DNA of 64,000 nucleotides from Candidatus Xenobia bacterium (GTDB lineage Bacteria; Vulcanimicrobiota; CADAWZ01): NCBI GenBank assembly GCA_031551355.1, contig JAVBNT010000034.1, positions 11,987 to 75,986 of the forward strand, read 5' to 3'. Shown piece by piece: positions 57,353 to 64,000 of this stretch (position 1 is its first letter; each line of letters starts with the position of its first letter). The notes under the pieces were generated by a model. It saw only the letters and a program-made list of their open reading frames with translations, ran no database searches and was not told where the DNA came from. The position numbers and the translations under genes were made by a program.

Positions 57353-58705
57353 TTATTCCCATTTCAGTGACTTTATAATGTCCATCCGGTATATTATAAC
57401 CGCTGGAATTATGGCTCCGGCAATACCGATCATCAGTGACAGTCCCAGCGCATATATTATCAGGTTGAATGTTATGTGGGCCAATGGAAATACGGTCTGA
57501 AAAAGAATTTTGACGGCCCCGTCAAGGAAGTGTGAGCCAAGAATACCCACTACTATGCCGGCAATTCCGCCCGTTACCGATAAGATAAGGGATTCTATAA
57601 AAATCATGCTGGAAATAGTTGTTCTTGATGCTCCGATCGCCCTTAGTGCTCCGAATTCACGTACCCTCTCAAATGCCGACATCAGCATTGTATTCATTGA
57701 CGCCGTCGTTGCGATAAGTATGCCTATAAGGGCAATTGCAAACTGCAGCAGCCAGGCATATTTTACCAGTTCACCTGACGCCCCCTGATATTCCGCGCTT
57801 GTTTTTACAACTAAATCGGGAAAGTTAATTTGAATTATTTTTTTTGTTTCCGCTGTTTTTCCGGGATTTTCAAGTTGTATCCATATTTCTTTTACCTTGC
57901 CGGGAGAGTCCTCAAGTGTTAGGGCTGTCTGTATGGGGATATAACAGAAATAGTCCTGAAATCCGGCTTTGAATGAGGCTATACCGCATGGTTTAAGCTC
58001 TATTTTGTCGGAACCTGACTTTAAAAACAACGGTGTTCCTGTATTTATATTCAGTTCCTGTGCGATTTTACTCCCGCAAACAAAGGTTTTATCCTCTTCG
58101 GTTAAGTCTTCGGCTTTTCTTCTTAATTCTGTGCAATAAGGATCTTCCACTTGTTGAGCCGGTACCGGCAGCATTCCTTCGACGGGAAGAGCGGAAGGGA
58201 AAAACTGTTTGAAGGTGTTTTCGCCTTCCTGATCGGGTTGGTCAAAAGGAATCCCCCAGAATACGACTGATTTATTATTGATATTTTGCTGCAGTCTTGT
58301 TACTCCGATGGCTTTTTTGATGTTTGGTATTATCTGTATTCCGTCCGGCGGTGAATTCAAAAAGTCCAGCATATTTCCTTTGTGCTTGGGAAGTTTTTTA
58401 AATTCTGCCGGTTTAACCGGTTTCAGGATTGGTTCATCGGGAATATTTTGTTCGATTGTGATTGATTCCGTTGAAGAACCTATGGCGCCAATAGGTCCGG
58501 TTGGCAGGGATATTGTCGATGACGGCAATATGTAGATGTCGACTCTTCTGGCGGACACTTCTTTTTGAAGGCGCTGATTGAGTCCCTCGGCGATTGAAAG
58601 CAGCGAAACAAAACTGCCGACCGCAAGAATTACGCCTATTATGGTCAGCAGGCTCCGTTCCTGTTTTCTTAGTATGTTTTTTTTGGCAAGAGAAAGTGCA
58701 ACCAT
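57353..58705 (-). CDS. ABC transporter permease, FtsX/LolE/MacB family (N-terminal TM, large periplasmic domain, C-terminal FtsX 3-TM bundle)
   Basis: 450 aa; C-terminal FtsX-like region MSAFERVREFGALRAIGASRTTISSMIFIESLIL. Confidence 0.75.
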   Translation of the reverse strand: MVALSLAKKNILRKQERSLLTIIGVILAVGSFVSLLSIAEGLNQRLQKEVSARRVDIYILPSSTISLPTGPIGAIGSSTESITIEQNIPDEPILKPVKPAEFKKLPKHKGNMLDFLNSPPDGIQIIPNIKKAIGVTRLQQNINNKSVVFWGIPFDQPDQEGENTFKQFFPSALPVEGMLPVPAQQVEDPYCTELRRKAEDLTEEDKTFVCGSKIAQELNINTGTPLFLKSGSDKIELKPCGIASFKAGFQDYFCYIPIQTALTLEDSPGKVKEIWIQLENPGKTAETKKIIQINFPDLVVKTSAEYQGASGELVKYAWLLQFAIALIGILIATTASMNTMLMSAFERVREFGALRAIGASRTTISSMIFIESLILSVTGGIAGIVVGILGSHFLDGAVKILFQTVFPLAHITFNLIIYALGLSLMIGIAGAIIPAVIIYRMDIIKSLKWE

Positions 58706-58869
58706 GCCCTTTTATCTGTCCTTTTACAATCAGCTCAATGCTAACATATTTTATTGAATTTTCTCTTTTAATATCTTATCCGGTAACCTTTTAAATCCTT
58801 TTTTAAGTTTCGGGTGATGTTTTGTGTCTTTTATAAGAAAGATTTTTATACGCCGGTATAGAATAACAG

Positions 58870-61800
58870 TTGATTATGAAAGATGGTAGTGATTTTGAAA
58901 ATATTGAGATTGAGATGACGGAAAATTCCGGCAAAAGCAGCCAGCCGCCGCAAAAAGGGTTTGTCCAAAATGTCGGCCAGGCTTTTTCAGGTTTTTTCTC
59001 TAAAGAAAGTCCTAAGCATTTTCAGCATATTCTTGAGGATTCGTCTGCTCCGGCATACCAGAAAAATATTGCTATCCAGGGTATTTTGCTTAAAAAAATA
59101 AAGACGCTTAATAAGACTTTAATCGCCCTTGTAAAGGGTGAATACGGGGCAACGTCGGATGTAAAAGTCAATTCGGCAAATGCGTTGGCAAAACTGGGCG
59201 GATTTTATTCACTTGATATTCCCTCCGTGCTTCTCATCGACATTATGGAAATTTATATGAGCACAGCGGAGATAAAATTGTCCGAAGCGCTGCACAACCT
59301 CTTCCTGAGTTCCGATATTTTCCCATACTATAAATTTGCCGCAAAAACTCTTTCTTCGCGGTTTTTGCTTGCCGGTGAAGTCAACGCAATGGTGTGGGAG
59401 GTTTATTCAAGAATTCTTCATCTCTGCTTTGATTTCAGGTACAGGGAAGTTGAACCTGATTTGAAAAATGATTTGAAAAAACTTGGCGTTAACAGTGATA
59501 AACAACGAACAAAAATAGAACAGTCGATGTATTACGTAAAGCGGCTGATTGGGATTGCGGAAGAAGTCAGGGACAGTTTGTGCTCTTATCTGGAAAAAGA
59601 GCCTGATATGGCGCAAACGATAGAGTTTATGAAATACCCTTCTCTTACTGCAAGCTATCATGAAAAGTGTAAATTCCATAAGCTGCTGGATCCGATTATG
59701 GAGGGGATGCTCAGCGACAGGCCCGGTATCCGTTCTCTGGTGATGGATGAGCTGCATGATTTGAAAACTCCGGTAGCGTATGACTTTTACCGATCGGTGA
59801 TATTAAAAGAACCGCAGCCGTTCCCCGATGTTCCGGAGCATTTAATACCGATGCTCGCCAATCTATCATGTTTTGACGGGTCGGCTCTTGATATTTTTGT
59901 TTCTTTCATGAGTACGCCTCCCTCGTTGTATCTTGATTTATATTTTGAAGAGCTTGAAAAATTGTGTATTCAGAATTCAGAAATTCATGCGAAAGTCATT
60001 TCGATGGCTAAGGGATTTGTAAAAAGAGGCGATTGTCCGGATATATCGCTTCAGGAGATAATTTCCCGGATTTTTCCGATTGATATTTCCAAGGAAACTC
60101 TTGACCTGCTGATAAATATGGCATTGGGAAGAGTTAAAATATCTGTTCATACAAGTGCTAAAGCCGCCAGGGTTTTGGTGCAGATGAATACGTCTTCTTT
60201 TGAGTTTTCCGATGATGTGTTCAAGGCACTGGAAATTATAATGACCCATAGCGCCCCTAAGGAAATCAAGGAAAATATTTTCCGCGAAATAAAAAAACAC
60301 CCCACATCTCCGAACATGGCATGCCTTGCCAAAGCAGTGTTTGATGTTGATAAGGAAGTTGCTAAAATTGCGCTTAAGTCTTATTTGGAAATCGTAAAAA
60401 CGGGAAGTGTGGAGCCGGGAATTTTCAGAGACTTTTTCCTTTCGGTAGGCGAGTCGGAATTATTTCCGATAGAATCTACCGTTACTGTTATAGATTTTCT
60501 TAAAAACTATGATCATTTGGATGATGTTTTGAAAAAAGCTGTTTCCAGGTATTTTTACAGTGATACCAATGAAATCAGAAACAGTGCTTTTAGCACTTAC
60601 CAGCTTTGGTTTGTTTCTGCAGGAACGGAAGCAGAGCACTCTGCTTTTGTCTCGTTCTTTGTGAATATTCTTTCCGATCCTTCATATGTCTGGTCCGATA
60701 CTTACAGAAGGGTTGCAACTATTTTGGCTGAGTTTTTGTCCGCTCAGGATCAGGATGTTTCCGCTTATGGCGAGGACATTTTTCTCAAGATTAAATCGGC
60801 TCTGGAGTCTGATATTTCAGACGATTCCAAGACAATTTTGTGCGATTTTATAGAATTTGTTGCTGAGAATGCCGCGCCTAAAGTGAGGATACAGGCAGAG
60901 TGGATTATGGATATGCTGATAAAAAATCCTCAGACTTCAGAGCCGGTTGCTCTGGCGATTTTAAAAATTATGGTTATGAAACAGGGCTTGCTGATACAGT
61001 GTACACAACAGGTAATTCGCATGCTTTCAGCTTCTTCAATAAAAACCAAAATTGCCGTTCTGGAATTGCTTGTTTCCGGAATGGCGATGATGCCGAGATA
61101 TTCCTATGCGGAAAAACTTGAGGCGTGGAATATGCGTCAGCCCAAGGAACTTTATGAGTTTGTCCAGTGGGAAATAATGATTAACAGAGAAGTAACGCCG
61201 CAGCTCCTTTCTTTTTTGCGTCAGGACTTTTCCAATCAGTCGCTTATGGATATGACGCTTTCTGCTATAAAGCGTATTGATTATGCGAGGAAATTTGCCG
61301 GATTTTTGTTTGAGTTTAAAGATTATCCGTCGAATGAGGTTATTAAACACAGGGCGATAGAGGCCGTTTCTTATCTTTTATATCCTGAATTTTCAATTTC
61401 GGAACAAAAAATATTAAAGGAACTTGGGGAAATGGCGGCTGATAAGTCTTTGCTGAATCCTGTTCGTTCCGCGGCGATGAAAGCGATCAGTAGAATTTGC
61501 GACATATCACAGTTTGAGCTTTTGACTAACATTGCCTCCGATAATTCTGAAAAAGATGAAATACGTATAATGGCGGTAAAAGCGGTAAATTCATTCAATA
61601 CTTTTGTCGTCAACCAGCTTTATGCCTTGATATTGTTGGAGCCGAAGACGTCTGTTCATCTTAAGGAAGTTATTCTTGAAGGCATTGTTGCTTTTGCCGA
61701 CTCAAGGGTTATAGAAGCCGTTCTGACTCTCTGGAGCGAGTCTCCGAATACCCAGATTGCTAAATTGTGCAAAAACTTGCTGATCGAGTCCGGGTATGGA

Positions 61801-62520
61801 GAAATAGCAGAGATACATGAACTTTATAATAAAATACAGAGACTGAAAGATGACCATAACGCTTTTTATCTGCGATCTGTGGCGGCTGCGGAAAAACTCG
61901 AATCCTTTCCGGAGCAGACTAAAGCGTTTACTCAGGAGATAAATGAAGTATTGTCCGCTCTTGAAGCATGTGAATCATCAATAGCAAAAGAAACCGAGAC
62001 GATAAATTACGATACGGCTCAATGGGAGTCCACTAAAAATCATATAACCGCACGTATAAGGGAAGTTTTGCCGAATTGGCCTGCGGAAACGAGACCTCCG
62101 GCTGATAAAAAGGCGGTTTTTATGGATTATCAGGAACAGTTGCGTGAAGAAAAAGATAATTATGACCTGCGTCTTGACGGCTGTAACAAAAGACTTGAAG
62201 CCAAAAAACGGGAAAAAGAGCGTCTTTCTGCAGCATTGTCCGAGATAGAATCGCGTATTGAAGCCGTGAAGATGGAAGAAAACGATCTAAAGGCGGTAAT
62301 TGATGAGTTCAATGCGGAGACTCCGCGTGTTGAGAAGCAAATAGAAGCAATTACTTTCGAAGCCGCTTCGCGTGAAGAAAATTTTATGAAAATAATTCCT
62401 TCTCTGGATCGCGAAAACCATAAGCGGCTGATTGCAGCTTTTGAGCTCAGGGAAGACGAGTGGAATATCAGGAGAACATATTATTTGGCCATTGAAAAAA
62501 ATATGCCCGAATCAATGTAA
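58870..62520 (+). CDS. Large hypothetical protein (1216 aa), predicted alpha-solenoid/HEAT-like with C-terminal coiled coil
   Basis: Long ORF, helical repeat-like periodicity; C-terminal heptad-rich region (EQLREEKDNYDLRLDGCNKRLEAKKREKERLSAALSEIESRIEAVKMEEN). No catalytic motif seen. Confidence 0.4.
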   Translation: MIMKDGSDFENIEIEMTENSGKSSQPPQKGFVQNVGQAFSGFFSKESPKHFQHILEDSSAPAYQKNIAIQGILLKKIKTLNKTLIALVKGEYGATSDVKVNSANALAKLGGFYSLDIPSVLLIDIMEIYMSTAEIKLSEALHNLFLSSDIFPYYKFAAKTLSSRFLLAGEVNAMVWEVYSRILHLCFDFRYREVEPDLKNDLKKLGVNSDKQRTKIEQSMYYVKRLIGIAEEVRDSLCSYLEKEPDMAQTIEFMKYPSLTASYHEKCKFHKLLDPIMEGMLSDRPGIRSLVMDELHDLKTPVAYDFYRSVILKEPQPFPDVPEHLIPMLANLSCFDGSALDIFVSFMSTPPSLYLDLYFEELEKLCIQNSEIHAKVISMAKGFVKRGDCPDISLQEIISRIFPIDISKETLDLLINMALGRVKISVHTSAKAARVLVQMNTSSFEFSDDVFKALEIIMTHSAPKEIKENIFREIKKHPTSPNMACLAKAVFDVDKEVAKIALKSYLEIVKTGSVEPGIFRDFFLSVGESELFPIESTVTVIDFLKNYDHLDDVLKKAVSRYFYSDTNEIRNSAFSTYQLWFVSAGTEAEHSAFVSFFVNILSDPSYVWSDTYRRVATILAEFLSAQDQDVSAYGEDIFLKIKSALESDISDDSKTILCDFIEFVAENAAPKVRIQAEWIMDMLIKNPQTSEPVALAILKIMVMKQGLLIQCTQQVIRMLSASSIKTKIAVLELLVSGMAMMPRYSYAEKLEAWNMRQPKELYEFVQWEIMINREVTPQLLSFLRQDFSNQSLMDMTLSAIKRIDYARKFAGFLFEFKDYPSNEVIKHRAIEAVSYLLYPEFSISEQKILKELGEMAADKSLLNPVRSAAMKAISRICDISQFELLTNIASDNSEKDEIRIMAVKAVNSFNTFVVNQLYALILLEPKTSVHLKEVILEGIVAFADSRVIEAVLTLWSESPNTQIAKLCKNLLIESGYGEIAEIHELYNKIQRLKDDHNAFYLRSVAAAEKLESFPEQTKAFTQEINEVLSALEACESSIAKETETINYDTAQWESTKNHITARIREVLPNWPAETRPPADKKAVFMDYQEQLREEKDNYDLRLDGCNKRLEAKKREKERLSAALSEIESRIEAVKMEENDLKAVIDEFNAETPRVEKQIEAITFEAASREENFMKIIPSLDRENHKRLIAAFELREDEWNIRRTYYLAIEKNMPESM

Positions 62521-62525
62521 TATTT

Positions 62526-63218
62526 ATGAACAACAATGTAAAAATAATCGGTCTTGATGCCGACGATACACTTTGGGATAACGAAATATATTTTCGCAGC
62601 ACGGAGGAGCGGTTCTGTGAGTTTATGGAGCCTTTCTGTGTTAAAGATCAGGCGTCCGCGGTTTTACTTGAAACCGAGAGGAAGAATATTTCCCTTTACG
62701 GATATGGGATCAAGTCGTTTATACTGTCGATGATTGAAGCTTCACTGAAACTCAGCAACGGGAAGTGTGAGTCCGCTGTTGTTGAGCGGATTTTGGCACT
62801 GGGAAAGAGTCAGCTAAATGAAAAACCGGTAATTCTTGACGGTGTGATGGATTTTCTTGCAAAAATTCCCGCGTCATACCGGCTTGTTGTCGCCACCAAG
62901 GGCGATCTTTTGGACCAGACAAGAAAATTAAAATTATCGGGATTAGAGAAATATTTTCACCATGTTGAGATAATGTGCGAAAAAAATGAAGAGGATTATT
63001 CCTGTTTGCTCCAGCGGCTTGGAGCAGAACCGGAAAATTTTATGATGATCGGCAATTCCCTTAAATCAGATGTGATTCCCGTTCTTAATATCGGTGCGCA
63101 CGCCGTGCATATACCTTATCATACCCTTTGGCTGCATGAGAAAGTCGATACGGAAATAAACAATCCGCGATTCAGATCTTTTGAGAATCTAAGAGACGTG
63201 ATTCAGCTTTTATCGTAA
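62526..63218 (+). CDS. HAD superfamily hydrolase
   Basis: Motif I IIGLDADDTLW (DxDxT), motif II VVATKG, motif IV GNSLKSD. Confidence 0.7.
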   Translation: MNNNVKIIGLDADDTLWDNEIYFRSTEERFCEFMEPFCVKDQASAVLLETERKNISLYGYGIKSFILSMIEASLKLSNGKCESAVVERILALGKSQLNEKPVILDGVMDFLAKIPASYRLVVATKGDLLDQTRKLKLSGLEKYFHHVEIMCEKNEEDYSCLLQRLGAEPENFMMIGNSLKSDVIPVLNIGAHAVHIPYHTLWLHEKVDTEINNPRFRSFENLRDVIQLLS

Positions 63219-63504
63219 TAAATTTCGCCTTTGATATTTTCTATACAATGGAAAGTCCTGTAAGAACGTTTTCAAAAATAATATTTATGTTTAGAACTCT
63301 CTGTTTGGCTTGGGGTGAGGGCAATAGATAATCCAATGATATTAAGTTAACACTACAGCGAACACAATAAAATTCCGATATTACTGCAGCAAATCAATAA
63401 CTAATTCTCCCTTACACAGGCGTTTCAATACAGTTTTGATGTTGCAAAATCTACTTTGAATTTGCATACTGTGTTTGCAATGTCTACAGTTTTAAAAACT
63501 GTTC

Positions 63505-63656
63505 GTTGTAGTGTTAAGAGAAAAGTGTTTCTCACAGAGAAGAGGAGAACACAGAGAGTTTTTAACCGGCATTTATCCTCCGTGGCCTCTGTGCCCTCTG
63601 TGAGAGATCCAAAGATGTCAAAATCGGCTATGAAAAATACTAACTTAATGACATTG
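63505..63656. mobile_element. Family B MITE copy (degenerate left TIR)
   Basis: ~95% identical to 4121-4268; ends ctaacttaatgacattg. Confidence 0.8.
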
Positions 63657-64000
63657 ATAGATAATAGGCTTAATACTGTTATTTCTGAGTAAATGCAGTT
63701 GTTTGATGTGCAGAAACTTATGGCGGAGATAGCGGGTTACCGTTCGCGTATTTTTTATGGATTCTATCAAACCGAACAGCGTCGCGAAAGAAGTAAGCTG
63801 CATTGAGGTTTGTCCGGATTTAAAATACGCGTAAAATGGTCGCTGTCGGGAGCTTTTTCGTTCCTGTGCGTCAAACAATAGCATTTTTACCGGGTTACTC
63901 TTGGACAAAATAAATTTAATGCTTATAGTTTGTAAATAAACATCGTATGTTATATCTGTTCGCGCAAATAGCTCTGGAGGTATAATTATATCTCACTGGA

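Noticed and set aside
56585-58705. Calling the ABC pair lolD/lolE
   Set aside because: There is only one FtsX-type permease and no lolC. The third gene is an unknown membrane protein. A MacB/DevCA-like or other exporter is equally possible, so gene symbols were withheld.

Overview
This is a 64-kb window of a diderm bacterial chromosome with about 42% GC. The taxon is not assigned; the many PilX_N pseudopilin-like giant proteins, glnS, selA and FtsX-type ABC genes would fit Elusimicrobia, Spirochaetes or PVC-like lineages, but that is a guess. Housekeeping genes include gltX-glnS-rtcB, metG, rho, selA, a fused accD-accA, znuACB-like metal uptake, thpR/ligT and an interrupted crcB. Accessory content is interleaved with them:

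1. A three-gene operon of tandem paralogs (10769-14684, minus strand). Each carries a C-terminal C3/iota/VIP2-type (R-S-ExE) ADP-ribosyltransferase domain fused to what looks like a catalytically dead clostripain-like domain. This is the most striking candidate for a novel toxin/effector system.
2. A surface locus (30931-40105) with two roughly 960-aa PilX_N-domain paralogs, an 8-repeat SBBP beta-propeller lipoprotein and a secreted protein with three EF-hand loops.
3. An initiator tRNA-Met whose 3'-terminal 40 nt is serially duplicated in 146-bp tandem units bounding a one-gene mini-island. An orphan type I-E-like CRISPR repeat lies nearby.
4. Two families of mosaic miniature repeats: a 160-bp hairpin-rich unit in a 3x tandem array, and a 157-bp MITE with 17-bp terminal inverted repeats inserted into poly-C tracts. 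They fill the intergenic spaces and abut the stop codons of two genes.
5. Also present: a Clp_N-domain protein + FHA protein pair, a Fic protein, two radical-SAM proteins (one overlapping an MGMT-family gene next to an ArsR regulator), and a partial PAS/GAF sensor at the window start.

All functional calls rest on motif recognition by eye; no searches were run.
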